NCBI GenBank assembly: GCA_913043225.1
Contig: CAJWLU010000030.1
Location: forward strand, 1 to 32,970
From: an uncultured Acidobacteriota bacterium
Lineage (GTDB): Bacteria; Acidobacteriota; Vicinamibacteria; Vicinamibacterales; UBA8438
DNA: 32,970 nucleotides
Reading direction: 5' to 3'
Part shown: positions 19,911-32,615 of the stretch, piece after piece
Layout: each line of letters starts with the position of its first letter
Position numbering within the stretch: the first letter of the stretch is position 1
Translations under genes and position numbers: made by a program
The notes under the pieces: model-generated
Databases searched by the model: none
Told to the model about the DNA's origin: nothing
Seen by the model: only the letters and a program-made list of their open reading frames with translations

Positions 19911-20648
19911 ATGGAGCTGGCCGAGACCATTGCCACCCGGCTTGCAGGGATCCAGGCGAGGATCCGTGCGGCCCTGACCGCGGCCGAACGACCGCTCGAC
20001 GCCGTCCGACTGGTCGCAGTCTCAAAGACCTTCAGTCTCGATCACGTCAGGACCGCGATCGAAGCGGGACTGCACGACCTTGGCGAGAACAAAGTACAGG
20101 AGGCGCTGGAGAAGTGCGTGGCCACGGCCACGCTCCCAGTTGCCTGGCACTTCATCGGACACCTGCAATCGAACAAGGCACGGAAGGCTGCGGCGGCGTT
20201 CGACTGGATCCACTCGGTGGACAGCGTAGACCTCCTGCGGCGCCTCGATCGGGCGTCTGGCGAGGCCGGCCGCCGACCGCAGGTGTTGATTCAGGTCAAC
20301 TTGGCCGGCGAGGCCAACAGACATGGCGCTCAGGAAGACGAAGCCTTGCAACTCGTGGCCGCCGCCCAGAGCTGCCAGTATCTCGAGCTACGGGGGCTAA
20401 TGACGCTGCCGCCAAGGTCGTCCGACCCAGAGACGGCACGCCCGTTCTTCCGCCGGCTGGCGACCATCAGACAGGAGCTCCTCCCAACACTCGACCGACC
20501 AGACCGGTTCGATCAGTTGTCGATGGGGATGAGCCACGACCTCGACGTGGCCATCGCGGAAGGGGCGACGATGGTCAGGATCGGGACCGCATTGTTCGGA
20601 CCCCGCCGAGCGGCGCTGAAGAGAGCGACCATTCCGGCCGACCAGTAG
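19911..20648 (+). CDS. yggS: PLP homeostasis protein, YggS family
   Basis: LVAVSKT, GENKVQE, WHFIGHLQSNK, GLMTLPP, LSMGMS.D..AIAEGATMVRIGTALFG. Confidence 0.95.
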   Translation: MELAETIATRLAGIQARIRAALTAAERPLDAVRLVAVSKTFSLDHVRTAIEAGLHDLGENKVQEALEKCVATATLPVAWHFIGHLQSNKARKAAAAFDWIHSVDSVDLLRRLDRASGEAGRRPQVLIQVNLAGEANRHGAQEDEALQLVAAAQSCQYLELRGLMTLPPRSSDPETARPFFRRLATIRQELLPTLDRPDRFDQLSMGMSHDLDVAIAEGATMVRIGTALFGPRRAALKRATIPADQ

Positions 20649-20818
20649 ACGGGTGCATTCTTCCAGGCTGCGTAGATGACCAGAACTGCAACCGCTCATT
20701 TCAAAGCTTTACGTGCCGCATCCAACAGCGGCCATCCTCTCCCAACCCCACCGTGGCGCAACCGACCACGGGTAGCGCAGGATCCGTTCCCGGAGTCGTA
20801 CCTTGAGGAATTGGAGGC

Positions 20819-21496
20819 CTACGGCACCTGATTCAGCAGCCGCTCCCAGCGGGTACGGGTGAAGAAATGGGTAACCGATGACGTCAGACGGCGGAACGTC
20901 GCGCCAAATCCGGTATCAACGTAGAAGGCCGATTCCGATTCGTAGGACCAGTAGAGGACGAAAGCTCGCCCCTTGATGTAGTCGAGCGGTAGCGGGCCCC
21001 AGTACCGGCTGTCCTGAGAATTGCCGCGGTTGTCGCCCATCATGAAGAGGTGCCCGTCTGGGACGACCTGCGGGCCGAAGGTGCCACGGATGTCCGGCGG
21101 CATCCGCCCCTGTGGGCGCATCAAGTCCAAGTAGGGCTCGTCGAGCGGCCTCCCATTGATGAACACGCGGGACTGACGCAGCTCTACCGTCTCGCCGGGA
21201 AGACCGATCACGCGCTTGATGAAATCGCGATCCGGCTCCTCCACGCCCTTGAAGACGAGCACGTCGCCACGCTCGACATCGTCGATCGGTAGGAGCACGC
21301 GTTCGAGACCGGTCTCGGTCGGCGCGTGCGCGAACTTGTTGACCAGCAGATGGTCCCCTATCAGGAGGTTCTCCTCCATCGACCCGGTGGGGATCTTGAA
21401 CGCCTGGACCACCCACGTTCGTACGAACAGGGCCAAGATCACCGCGACCAGGATCGACTCGAAATACTCGCGGACGGTGGTCTTGGGCGGGGACAT
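20819..21496 (-). CDS. lepB: Signal peptidase I (start ATG 21496, or GTG 21511 overlapping the lepA stop)
   Basis: TM segment followed by FKIPTGSM, FIKRVIGLPGE, GDNRGNSQDSRYWG; directly downstream of lepA. Confidence 0.95.
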   Translation of the reverse strand: MSPPKTTVREYFESILVAVILALFVRTWVVQAFKIPTGSMEENLLIGDHLLVNKFAHAPTETGLERVLLPIDDVERGDVLVFKGVEEPDRDFIKRVIGLPGETVELRQSRVFINGRPLDEPYLDLMRPQGRMPPDIRGTFGPQVVPDGHLFMMGDNRGNSQDSRYWGPLPLDYIKGRAFVLYWSYESESAFYVDTGFGATFRRLTSSVTHFFTRTRWERLLNQVP

Positions 21497-21507
21497 GGGA
21501 TCGTGGC

Positions 21508-23310
21508 TCACTCGCTGTCGACCGTCAGGACCGCCAGGAACGCCTCCTGAGGGATCTCGACCCTTCCGACACGCTTCATACGGCGCTTGCCCTCTTTCTG
21601 TTTCTCGAGCAGCTTCCGTTTTCGCGAGATGTCTCCGCCGTAGCACTTCGCCAGCACGTTCTTGCGCATCGCCTTCACGGTTTCACGGGCGATGATACGC
21701 CCCCCGACGGTCGCCTGGATCGCCACCTCGAACATCTGCCGGGGAATGAGCTTTCGCAATTTCACGGCGAGCGCCCGCCCCCGCGAATAGGCGGAGTCCT
21801 TGTGCGCGATCACCGACAGCGCATCGACCGGCTCTTCGTTGACCAGCAGGTCGAGCTTGACCAGGGGCGACGTCCAGTAGCCGGTCACATGGTAGTCGAG
21901 GGACGCGTAGCCGCGCGAAAGCGTCTTGAGCTTGTCGTAGAAGTCGAGGACCACCTCGTTGAACGGCAGCTCATAAGTGATCATGACGCGGTTCGACGCC
22001 AGATACTCGAGTCCCTTCTGCACCCCGCGCTTATCCTGACACAGCTGCAAAATGCCACCGACGTGGTCCGCCGGTGTGAGAATCATCGCGGTGATCACCG
22101 GTTCTTCGAGCGCCTCGATCTGCCCCGCGTCAGGCAGCTTGGCCGGGCTGTCGACCTCCGACACCTCGCCGTCAGTGGTCGTCACCCTATAGAGCACGCC
22201 CGGCGCCGTGGTCACCAGGTCCATGTCGAACTCGCGCTCGAGTCGCTCCTGGATGATCTCCAGATGCAGCAGCCCCAGGAAACCGCAACGGAAGCCGAAA
22301 CCCAAGGCGGCCGAGGTTTCAGGTTCGAAGAAGAACGATGCGTCGTTCAGACGCAACTTCTCGAGGGCCTCCCGAAGATCGGCATACTGATGTCCCTCGA
22401 CCGGGTACAGACCGGCGAACACCATCGGCTTGATCTCCGCGAAGCCGGAGCACGGTTCAGAGGTGGGATGGCTAGATTCAGTGAGGGTGTCGCCGATCTG
22501 AGCATCGCTGACCGTCTTGATACCGGCGATCACGAACCCGACCTCGCCCGCACCGAGCTCTGGCATGATCTCGGACTTCGGCGAGAACACGCCTACCTGT
22601 TCGACTTCGTAGTCCTGTCCTCGGGCCATGAGGCGGACCTTCATCTTGGGCCGGATCGCACCGTCGATCACCCGGATCAGCACAATGACGCCGCGATAGG
22701 CATCGTACCAGGAATCAAAGATCAGCGCCTTGAACGGCGCGTCCGGATCCCCGGCCGGCGGAGGCACTCGGTCGACGACGGCGTCGAGGATCGCACGCGT
22801 CCCGTCACCTTCCTTCGCGCTCGCAAGAATCGTGTCATCGGCCGCCAACCCGACGATGTCCTCAATCTGACGCATCGTCTCTTCGGGTTGGGCACCGGGC
22901 AGATCGATCTTATTGACCACCGGCACGATCTCGAGGTTCTGGTCGACAGCCAGATACGCGTTCGCAACGGTCTGAGCCTCCACGCCCTGGGACGCGTCAA
23001 CCAGAAGGAGCGCGCCTTCGCAAGCCGTGAGCGCACGAGTCACCTCATACGAGAAGTCAACGTGGCCCGGCGTGTCGATCAAGTTGAGCACGTGTGGTTC
23101 GCCGCCCTCCGGAGTGTAGGACAGCCGCACTGCGTGAGCCTTGATCGTTATGCCACGCTCTCGTTCGAGGTCCATCGAGTCCAGGACCTGAGCTTCCATC
23201 TCGCGCGGCCGCAGCGCCCCGGTCAATTCCAGAAAGCGATCGGCAAGAGTCGACTTCCCGTGGTCGATGTGCGCGATGATCGAAAAATTCCTGATCTGGC
23301 GTGGGTCCAT
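21508..23310 (-). CDS. lepA: Elongation factor 4 (LepA); start trimmed to ATG 23310
   Basis: [61 protein letters not shown]. Confidence 0.98.
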   Translation of the reverse strand: MDPRQIRNFSIIAHIDHGKSTLADRFLELTGALRPREMEAQVLDSMDLERERGITIKAHAVRLSYTPEGGEPHVLNLIDTPGHVDFSYEVTRALTACEGALLLVDASQGVEAQTVANAYLAVDQNLEIVPVVNKIDLPGAQPEETMRQIEDIVGLAADDTILASAKEGDGTRAILDAVVDRVPPPAGDPDAPFKALIFDSWYDAYRGVIVLIRVIDGAIRPKMKVRLMARGQDYEVEQVGVFSPKSEIMPELGAGEVGFVIAGIKTVSDAQIGDTLTESSHPTSEPCSGFAEIKPMVFAGLYPVEGHQYADLREALEKLRLNDASFFFEPETSAALGFGFRCGFLGLLHLEIIQERLEREFDMDLVTTAPGVLYRVTTTDGEVSEVDSPAKLPDAGQIEALEEPVITAMILTPADHVGGILQLCQDKRGVQKGLEYLASNRVMITYELPFNEVVLDFYDKLKTLSRGYASLDYHVTGYWTSPLVKLDLLVNEEPVDALSVIAHKDSAYSRGRALAVKLRKLIPRQMFEVAIQATVGGRIIARETVKAMRKNVLAKCYGGDISRKRKLLEKQKEGKRRMKRVGRVEIPQEAFLAVLTVDSE

Positions 23311-23322
23311 GGAGGGGCGCCC

Positions 23323-23328
23323 ATTATA
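23323..23328 (-). promoter_or_regulatory. Consensus -10 box TATAAT 12 nt upstream of the lepA ATG
   Basis: The minus strand reads TATAAT-GGGCGCCCCTCC-ATG; no SD. Confidence 0.65.
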
Positions 23329-23377
23329 GCGCCGGGATCGAGACCGCGGTCCCGAGGGAAGACTCGTGACGCAGGAG

Positions 23378-24526
23378 TCAGCGGAATGCCGGCGGCCGCT
23401 CGGCCAGCGGCACAAACGACTGGGGATAATCCGGTCCGACGTACTCGGCGCGGGGACGGATCAAGCGATTGTTGGCGTACTGCTCGAGCGCGTGCGCTGT
23501 CCAGCCAGATACGCGGCTCACCACGAAGATCGGGGTAAAGAGATCGGTGGCAATCCCCAGAGCGTGATACGTCGACGCGGAGTAGAAGTCCACGTTGGCG
23601 TTAATCCCGGTCTCGGTCCGCATCACCTCTTCGATTCGCTGGGATATCTCGAACCAGCGGGAATTGCCACCCTGCTGCCCTAGATCTCGTGACATCTGCC
23701 GAAGGTGGGTCGCCCGCGGGTCCTCGGTACGGTACACGCGGTGCCCGAAGCCAGGAACTTTCTGCTTGCGTCCCAGCATACCGGTAATGGTGGTGGTCAC
23801 CCGCTCGTCGTCGGCGTCCTCACCGATAGACTCGAGTAGCTTCATCACTTCGGCGTTCGCACCTCCATGTAGCGGCCCCTTCAGCGTGGCCACACCCGCA
23901 ACGACGGTCGAATAGAGATCGGTGAGGGTCGCCGCCGCCACCCGCCCGGCGAACGTCGACGCGTTTAGCTCGTGATCGGCGTGGAGGATCAGCGCCACGT
24001 CGAAGGCCCGCTCGGCCAGGGCTTCGGGCCGGTCGCCTGTCAGCAGATAGAGGAAGTTCGCAGCGTGACCCAGTACTGGATCCGGATCGATTGGCGCGCG
24101 GCCAGCCGCCAGGCGGCCCAGCGTCGCCACCACCGTGCCGGCCTGGGCCGTGACACGCACCGCCTTCCGGATCGCAGCAGTCTGAGAGTTGTCGTCGGCG
24201 TCCGGATCGTAGTGGGCCAGGGCGGACACCACCGTCCGCACCGCGTCCATGAGGTTGCCTGGCGGCAGCGAGCGCATCAGCCGGAGCACAGGCTCTGGAA
24301 GCGGTCTGGCGCGAGCCAGCTCCGTCTGCAGGTCGCCGAGCTCGGCGCGAGACGGCAAGCGCTGATGCCAGAGGAGATAGCACACCTCCTCGAATGTGGC
24401 CTCACGCGCAAGATCGTGAATATCGTGCCCGCAGTAGGCGAGCACCCCGCGCTCTCCGTCCAGGTAGCATAGACGAGACGACGTCGCAACGACGCCCTCC
24501 AAACCGGCAGCGGCCGCTACGCTCAT
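23378..24526 (-). CDS. gltA: Citrate synthase, short dimeric type (2-methylcitrate synthase not excluded)
   Basis: [43 protein letters not shown]. Confidence 0.88.
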   Translation of the reverse strand: MSVAAAAGLEGVVATSSRLCYLDGERGVLAYCGHDIHDLAREATFEEVCYLLWHQRLPSRAELGDLQTELARARPLPEPVLRLMRSLPPGNLMDAVRTVVSALAHYDPDADDNSQTAAIRKAVRVTAQAGTVVATLGRLAAGRAPIDPDPVLGHAANFLYLLTGDRPEALAERAFDVALILHADHELNASTFAGRVAAATLTDLYSTVVAGVATLKGPLHGGANAEVMKLLESIGEDADDERVTTTITGMLGRKQKVPGFGHRVYRTEDPRATHLRQMSRDLGQQGGNSRWFEISQRIEEVMRTETGINANVDFYSASTYHALGIATDLFTPIFVVSRVSGWTAHALEQYANNRLIRPRAEYVGPDYPQSFVPLAERPPAFR

Positions 24527-24945
24527 GTCACGCTCCGTCCAGATCTGCGACGAGTCGGCTTGTAGATCGCGCCGACGATCATCCCGTAGGCGGTGAACTC
24601 GAGGACATAGTGCAGCGCCAGCTCTGCCGCGTGGGGCGGTGGAATCGGCACCACGACATACGCCCAGACGACGGCAAATGACACCAGCATCAGGGCCACG
24701 AGCACACCGAACCGCATGCCCTCCACCGGCCCATGTCCTCCCTCATAGCCCTTGGCGTAGGTGCAGGAGAATGCCAGAAAACCGAGAAGCGCGACCGCGA
24801 AGCCGATGCTCTGCCCGACCGTACCTGGCCCGAGACCGGGACGACGGGGATACAGACCGTCGAGCATCGCCGAATGCACGAATGAGCCGACGACGAACGC
24901 CACCCAGGCTGCCAGCGCTGCCAGTGCCACTCTGGTGAAGTTCAT
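24523..24945 (-). CDS. Small four-TM membrane protein of unknown function, translationally coupled to citrate synthase
   Basis: MNFTRVALAALAAW...; four hydrophobic segments; its stop overlaps the citrate synthase ATG (ATGA). Confidence 0.75.
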   Translation of the reverse strand: MNFTRVALAALAAWVAFVVGSFVHSAMLDGLYPRRPGLGPGTVGQSIGFAVALLGFLAFSCTYAKGYEGGHGPVEGMRFGVLVALMLVSFAVVWAYVVVPIPPPHAAELALHYVLEFTAYGMIVGAIYKPTRRRSGRSVT

Positions 24946-25083
24946 CCCGTCACTCCCTACCCATGCTGACGTCATCACGGCCCACCGCCTCGGGCTTCAG
25001 CCGAGCCAGGCGACAACCTCGCGCCGTATGGCAAGATAGATCAGTATACCGGTCGCCGTCACAGGACGATCGGTCCTCGAGCA

Positions 25084-25857
25084 ATGAACCCCGACGCCCT
25101 GATAGCCCTGCTCGAACAGGTGCAGGCCGGACAGCTGGCCGTGGAAGACGCCCAGCAGACGCTCGCGTCGGCCCTGCGTGCCAGGCCATACGAAGAGCTG
25201 GACTTCGCCAAGATCGACCACCATCGGGCAATCCGGCAGGGCTTTCCAGAGGTCGTCTTCGGCACCGGGAAGACGCCGGCGCAAATCGCCGAGATCGCCC
25301 GACGTATCGTCTCGTCAGAACAGCAGCTACTGGTCACCCGGGCAGAACCGGATGCATTCGCGGCTGTGCGCGCTGAGGTGCCGGCCGCCACCTACCACCC
25401 CTCGGCCCGCCTCATCACGCACGGACGACAGGACCAGCCCACCGGTCGCGGCCTGATCCTGGTCGTGACGGCTGGCACGTCTGACCAGCCGGTGGCGGAA
25501 GAGGCGGCCATCACTGCCGAGATGATGGGTAACCGGGTGGACCGACTCTACGACGTCGGAGTCGCCGGACTGCATCGACTCCTCTCGAACAGGGCTCGAC
25601 TAGAAGCCGCTCAGGTCATCGTGGTTGTGGCCGGCATGGAAGGGGCGCTCCCCAGCGTGGTGGGCGGCCTCGTCTCGGTCCCGGTCATAGCAGTGCCCAC
25701 TAGCGTCGGATATGGAGCAAGTTTCTCCGGGGTCGCGGCGCTGCTGACCATGCTGAACAGCTGTGCGACCGGAGTCGGTGTGGTCAACATCGACAACGGT
25801 TTCGGCGCCGGCGCGCTGGCGAGCCTCATCAACCACCCGGACCGCACGCCAGCTTGA
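25084..25857 (+). CDS. larB: Nickel-pincer cofactor biosynthesis protein LarB (PurE/AIR-carboxylase-like)
   Basis: DHHR..GFPEVVFGTGKT, AGTSD, DVGVAGLHRL, AGMEGALPSVV, PTSVGYGA, MLNSCA.GV.VVNIDNGFGA. Confidence 0.92.
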   Translation: MNPDALIALLEQVQAGQLAVEDAQQTLASALRARPYEELDFAKIDHHRAIRQGFPEVVFGTGKTPAQIAEIARRIVSSEQQLLVTRAEPDAFAAVRAEVPAATYHPSARLITHGRQDQPTGRGLILVVTAGTSDQPVAEEAAITAEMMGNRVDRLYDVGVAGLHRLLSNRARLEAAQVIVVVAGMEGALPSVVGGLVSVPVIAVPTSVGYGASFSGVAALLTMLNSCATGVGVVNIDNGFGAGALASLINHPDRTPA

Positions 25858-25874
25858 GCGTCACGGCCCCGCCG

Positions 25875-25883
25875 TGCTAGTTT
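25875..25883 (+). promoter_or_regulatory. Possible extended -10 (TGcTAGTTT) for the mutS2-dnaG-rpoD unit
   Basis: Motif match only; it would imply a leader of about 145 nt. Confidence 0.35.
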
Positions 25884-26034
25884 TGGGAGTTTCCGCGACC
25901 GGGGCACGGACCTCCGTCAGAGCACTCTTCAGCCCTTCGTGACCTGAGCCGAGGCGCCCGGGCCTTGGCGGCGGTGTCTCGCCATACCGTCGGTCAGGCG
26001 CCTGCCGGGCTAAGGATGCGTCAGTTTGCTGCTC

Positions 26035-28479
26035 ATGCACACCGCCGCCCTGACCAGCCTCGAGTTCGACCGGATCGTAGAGGTGGTGACGAGCCTCGCC
26101 ATCACCCCGCTGGGGCGGGAGTATCTCGAGCGGCTGACGCCGTCACAGGATCCCAGAACCGTCCAGCAAGCTCAGGCGCTGACCACCGAAACTGTGCGCT
26201 TCCTGGCCGGTGGCGGTAGTTGCCCGCTGGAAGCGACGGACCTGCTGAGCGAGACGATCGGCGTGCTCGCCATCGAAGACCAGATCCTTGAACCGGCTCA
26301 GCTGCACGCCCTCGCGGGCTTCCTGCGGTCTGTGAAGCGAGCCTGTGAGGCGGTAGCCGCAGCCGGCGACGACGTGCCTGGCCTGTCTAGGATCGTCTCA
26401 GGATGCCCGACCTGGCAGCGGGAATGTGCCGATGTGTACAAGAAGGTCGACGCTTCGGGCGAGGTGGTCGACGACGCCAGTCCGGATCTGCGTGCAGTTC
26501 GCAGTCGGCTCCAAAAGCAACGTAACCGGTTACGGGGAAACCTCGAGTCCTATCTCCGGGGACGAGACACGGCAAGATATCTCCAGGAGCAGTTCTTCAC
26601 CGAGCGTAACGGGCGCCTGGTCCTGGTGCTCAAGAATGAGCACCGCACGGCCATTCCCGGCATCGTACACGGCACCTCCGCCAGCGGAGCGAGCCTGTAT
26701 CTCGAACCGCTTAGCACAGTCGACGTCAACAACGAGATCGTCGCGCTTGAAGAGCAGGAGCAGAAGGAGATGCGGCGGATCCTGCTGGCGCTGGCCGGCA
26801 GCTTCCGGCGCCGCGGCACTGACCTGCATCACACCCTTCGGGTCGCAACCGACCTCGACACCAGCCAGGCCCGGGCCAGGTTCGCTGACTTGGTGGACGG
26901 GACCGAGCCACGACTGTCCAACGACAGCACGATGGAACTCCGCGAGGCGCGACATCCGCTGCTGATGGAGTCGGTGACCGCCCGACTGTCCGACGGGAGA
27001 GAACCGGCCGCGACCGCTCCGGTTCCGGTCGACATCCTACTGAAGCCACCCGTACGCGCCCTGATCGTGACCGGGCCAAACACCGGCGGAAAGACAGTGG
27101 CACTCAAGACCGCAGGACTTTTGGCCATGATGGCCCAGGCCGGGCTCCACATACCGGCCGCTGCCGGGTCGACGCTCCCGGTCTTCCGATCCGTCTTCGC
27201 CGACATCGGCGACGAACAGTCGATTGCGGCGAATTTGAGCACCTTCTCCGGTCACGTGACCAATATCGTCGACATGAACCGGCGACTCGGTCTACCCGCG
27301 CTGGTGCTGCTTGACGAGGTCGGCGCCGGCACCGACCCGGTCGAGGGCGCCGCGCTAGGCCGGGCCATCGTCGAGCACTTCCGGTCACGGGGCGCGCACG
27401 TGATCGCGACCACGCACGACGAGGCCCTGAAGTCCTATGGCGTCACCGAATCCGGCGTCACCTGCGCCGCGTTCGGGTTCGAGGACGAGACTTTCGCACC
27501 GACCTATCGGATGGAGTACGGATCGAGTGGCCGAAGCCTTGCCCTGGAAATCGCGGAGCGGCTGGGGCTGGACCCCACCGTGATCGCCGCCGCGCGCCAG
27601 CTGCGCACCAAGCGTGAGGCGCAACTGGCCGATCACCTGGCCCAGGTGGACGACGCGCGCCGGGCAGTCGAGGCTCAGCAGCGGAGGCTCGATGCTGAAG
27701 GCGACGACATCGAGCGCCGACTTCAATTGCTGGCCGATCGAGAACGCGCGCTCCAGGAACGGGAAGAAGCGGGTCGGCGGGAACTGCAACGATCGCTGGA
27801 CATAGCGCTGAAAACAGCCCGGCAAGAGGTCGACGAGGTCGTGACCGAGCTGCGCGCGCGCGCCGCCACTCTCGAGCGGGAAGCCGCCGCGCGCGCTGAA
27901 CGTCAGGCCCCCCCCCTGTCGACCGGGGACGCAGGCGGCCTCCGGGCCAAAGCGCGCGCCGGCCTAGAGGCAGTCGCAGACCGCGTGCCCGTGCCGCTAC
28001 CGCCCGCCAGGGCCCCGAAGGCGCCACGCCGACCGACTGCGGTAGGACAGCATGTGACCGTCCCCACCCTCGGCGTGGTGGGGATCGTGCGGTCGCTGCA
28101 AGGTCAGGACGCCGAGGTGGAAGTACGCGGAAAGCGGCTCCGCGTGGCGATCGCGTCGCTCACCACGACCACGGCGCCGCCGTCTCGGCCCACGCCCACT
28201 AAAGTCGTGGTGCAGGTAGCGCCGCCCAGCGGGTCACTCGAGGAACTCAACCTGATCGGCTGCCGGGTGGAGGAGGCACTCTCCAGAGCGGAGAAACACC
28301 TTGACCAGGCGATGATGACCGAGCATCGCGTGGTGCGCTTCATCCACGGGCACGGCACCGGGCAGCTCCGGCGGGCCATCGCCGGCTTTCTTGGTGCCCA
28401 CTCGCTGGTGGTCCGGGTATCCGAAGCCGACCCGAACGAAGGGGGCGCGGCGGTCACCGTCGCGGTACTGAAGGACTAG
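26035..28479 (+). CDS. mutS2: MutS2-family ATPase with a C-terminal Smr domain (likely start ATG 26035)
   Basis: LEF at the N-terminus, GIVHGTSASGASLYLEP, TGPNTGGKT, DIGDEQSI..LSTFS, LLDEVGAGTDP, coiled coil, KOW-like region, IHGHGTG. Confidence 0.94.
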   Translation: MHTAALTSLEFDRIVEVVTSLAITPLGREYLERLTPSQDPRTVQQAQALTTETVRFLAGGGSCPLEATDLLSETIGVLAIEDQILEPAQLHALAGFLRSVKRACEAVAAAGDDVPGLSRIVSGCPTWQRECADVYKKVDASGEVVDDASPDLRAVRSRLQKQRNRLRGNLESYLRGRDTARYLQEQFFTERNGRLVLVLKNEHRTAIPGIVHGTSASGASLYLEPLSTVDVNNEIVALEEQEQKEMRRILLALAGSFRRRGTDLHHTLRVATDLDTSQARARFADLVDGTEPRLSNDSTMELREARHPLLMESVTARLSDGREPAATAPVPVDILLKPPVRALIVTGPNTGGKTVALKTAGLLAMMAQAGLHIPAAAGSTLPVFRSVFADIGDEQSIAANLSTFSGHVTNIVDMNRRLGLPALVLLDEVGAGTDPVEGAALGRAIVEHFRSRGAHVIATTHDEALKSYGVTESGVTCAAFGFEDETFAPTYRMEYGSSGRSLALEIAERLGLDPTVIAAARQLRTKREAQLADHLAQVDDARRAVEAQQRRLDAEGDDIERRLQLLADRERALQEREEAGRRELQRSLDIALKTARQEVDEVVTELRARAATLEREAAARAERQAPPLSTGDAGGLRAKARAGLEAVADRVPVPLPPARAPKAPRRPTAVGQHVTVPTLGVVGIVRSLQGQDAEVEVRGKRLRVAIASLTTTTAPPSRPTPTKVVVQVAPPSGSLEELNLIGCRVEEALSRAEKHLDQAMMTEHRVVRFIHGHGTGQLRRAIAGFLGAHSLVVRVSEADPNEGGAAVTVAVLKD

Positions 28480-28483
28480 GCCC

Positions 28484-30253
28484 ATGGGTCTGTTTCCTCA
28501 ATCGTTCATCGACGACCTCAAGTCGCAGGCCGATATCGTCCAGGTGGTCCAGGACTATGTACCCCTGAAATCCGCCGGATCCAGCTATAAAGGTCTGTGC
28601 CCCTTCCACGGGGAGAAGACACCGTCGTTCCACGTACATCGCGACAAGGGATTCTTCCACTGCTTCGGGTGCGGCGTGGGCGGTGACGTGCTGAAGTTCG
28701 TCGAGCTTCAGGAGAAGCTCGGGTTTCAAGACGCGGTCCGGCACCTGGCTCAGCGCTTCGGCCTACAGGTGCCGGAGCCAGAGAACGAACAAGACGCGGC
28801 AGCGGAGGCGGAGCGCGAAGCACTCCTAACGGCACACGAGGCCGCCACCGAGTACTTCCAGCACCAGCTGGCCGCCCCCGGCGGTGCCGGCGCAAGGGAA
28901 CATCTGGAGGGCCGGGACATCACGGAGGCCACCACCGGGCAGCTCCGCCTGGGATTCGCCCCGGCGACCAGAGACGGCCTGTTGACCCACTTGCGCGCCC
29001 GTGGCTATTCGGATGAGCTGCTGGTGAAAAGCGGGCTGGCTGCGTCCAAGGAAGGGCGGCCACTTATCGACCGATTCAGGAACCGGCTCGTAATACCAAT
29101 CGCGCGGGACGGTGGCTCGGTCATCGCGTTCGGGGCACGGGCCCTGGGCGCCGAGCAGCTGCCGAAGTACCTGAACTCGCCAGAGACCGTTATCTACTCC
29201 AAGGCACGAACCCTCTACGGGCTGAACCTGTCCAAACGGGCAATCCGTTCGGCCGGCATCGCGGTACTGGTCGAGGGCTACTTCGACCTCGCCCAGGCAC
29301 TGCAGGCCGACGTGCCACAGGTCGTAGCGACCTGCGGCACCGCGGTCAGCGAATCCCAGGTGAAGCTGCTGAAGCGGTTCACCTCCAAGGTAATCGTGAG
29401 TTTTGACCCTGACCCGGCCGGGGCGGGCGCATCGGCACGGTCCGGGGAACTGCTGCTGGCCGAAGGACTCCAGGTGAACGTGGCGGTGCTGGATGAGGGC
29501 GAAGATCCCGATACATGTATACGGAACAGGGGTGCTGAAGGTTACAAGGAAAAACTGCGCACTTCGAGGCCATATCTGGAATACTTACTGGATCGGGAAG
29601 CGGCCCAGCGCGACCTGACGCGCGGCGACCACCAACGGGAGTTCCTGACGAGAATGCTACAGGTGGCTGCGCGGATACCGGATGCGGCGAGCAGGGACTT
29701 GTTCGCAGACCGGCTCGCCCACAAGGCTCGAGTCCTCGAGGACGTCGTGCGCACCGAGATCCGGAAGGCTGCGGTGGCCCGCCGGACGACGTTGGGCGAC
29801 ACCGTGGGGCAGGTGGGGAAACGACGCCCCATCACGACCGCCGAAAAGGGGATTGTCTGGGCCCTCGTGCGTGAAACATCGTCGGCGATGGAGGCAATTC
29901 AGTCGCTCACCGACGAGGATTTAGCCGGTTTGACGACCGCACCGATACTGACGACCGCCCGGGCGCTGGCTGATTGGCCGTCGGAGTCCGTCCTAGAGAC
30001 GCTCCGACAGCGTCTAAGTACACAAGAGGCAGCGTGGATCGAACGCTTGGGCCGGGAAGAACGTCCGGCAACCTCACTGGCATACTGTCTGGGCGCGCTG
30101 CGGCAGCGGGTGCTCGATAGACGCCTAGCCGCGATCAATGATGAGATCGCGCGCTGCCTGGAACAGAACGAGGTCACGGCCTCGACGACACTCGACGCGT
30201 TGATGAAGCAGAAGCACGCACTGGCGACCGAGCTGGAATCGCTCCGGTCGTGA
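28484..30253 (+). CDS. dnaG: DNA primase
   Basis: [16 protein letters not shown] zinc finger, [31 protein letters not shown] motifs. Confidence 0.97.
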   Translation: MGLFPQSFIDDLKSQADIVQVVQDYVPLKSAGSSYKGLCPFHGEKTPSFHVHRDKGFFHCFGCGVGGDVLKFVELQEKLGFQDAVRHLAQRFGLQVPEPENEQDAAAEAEREALLTAHEAATEYFQHQLAAPGGAGAREHLEGRDITEATTGQLRLGFAPATRDGLLTHLRARGYSDELLVKSGLAASKEGRPLIDRFRNRLVIPIARDGGSVIAFGARALGAEQLPKYLNSPETVIYSKARTLYGLNLSKRAIRSAGIAVLVEGYFDLAQALQADVPQVVATCGTAVSESQVKLLKRFTSKVIVSFDPDPAGAGASARSGELLLAEGLQVNVAVLDEGEDPDTCIRNRGAEGYKEKLRTSRPYLEYLLDREAAQRDLTRGDHQREFLTRMLQVAARIPDAASRDLFADRLAHKARVLEDVVRTEIRKAAVARRTTLGDTVGQVGKRRPITTAEKGIVWALVRETSSAMEAIQSLTDEDLAGLTTAPILTTARALADWPSESVLETLRQRLSTQEAAWIERLGREERPATSLAYCLGALRQRVLDRRLAAINDEIARCLEQNEVTASTTLDALMKQKHALATELESLRS

Positions 30254-30305
30254 CCACGATGACGCCGATGGCCTAGGCCACCTGGCTCATCGAGGAGGAA
30301 CACTA

Positions 30306-32611
<2,306 letters not shown>

Positions 32612-32615
<4 letters not shown>

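Noticed and set aside
20649..20818. 170-bp gap between convergent yggS and lepB, with hairpins (GCCGC/GCGGC, CCGTGG/CCACGG), considered as an ncRNA
   Set aside because: Short GC stems without U-tracts, promoter or recognisable family motif; could be simple 3' end structures.
21497..21646. N-terminal extension of lepB in the ORF track
   Set aside because: It overlaps the conserved lepA C-terminus. LepB similarity begins at about MSPPKTTVREY.
23311..23415. N-terminal extension of lepA in the ORF track
   Set aside because: It overlaps the citrate synthase end and contains the TATAAT box. The LepA consensus starts at MDPRQIRNF.
21802..23538. 578-aa plus-strand ORF antisense to lepA
   Set aside because: A shadow ORF of a conserved high-GC gene, with no recognisable motifs or initiation signals.
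30269..30280. Palindrome TGGCCTAGGCCA between dnaG and rpoD
   Set aside because: A single occurrence with no U-tract or supporting context; insufficient evidence for an operator or terminator.
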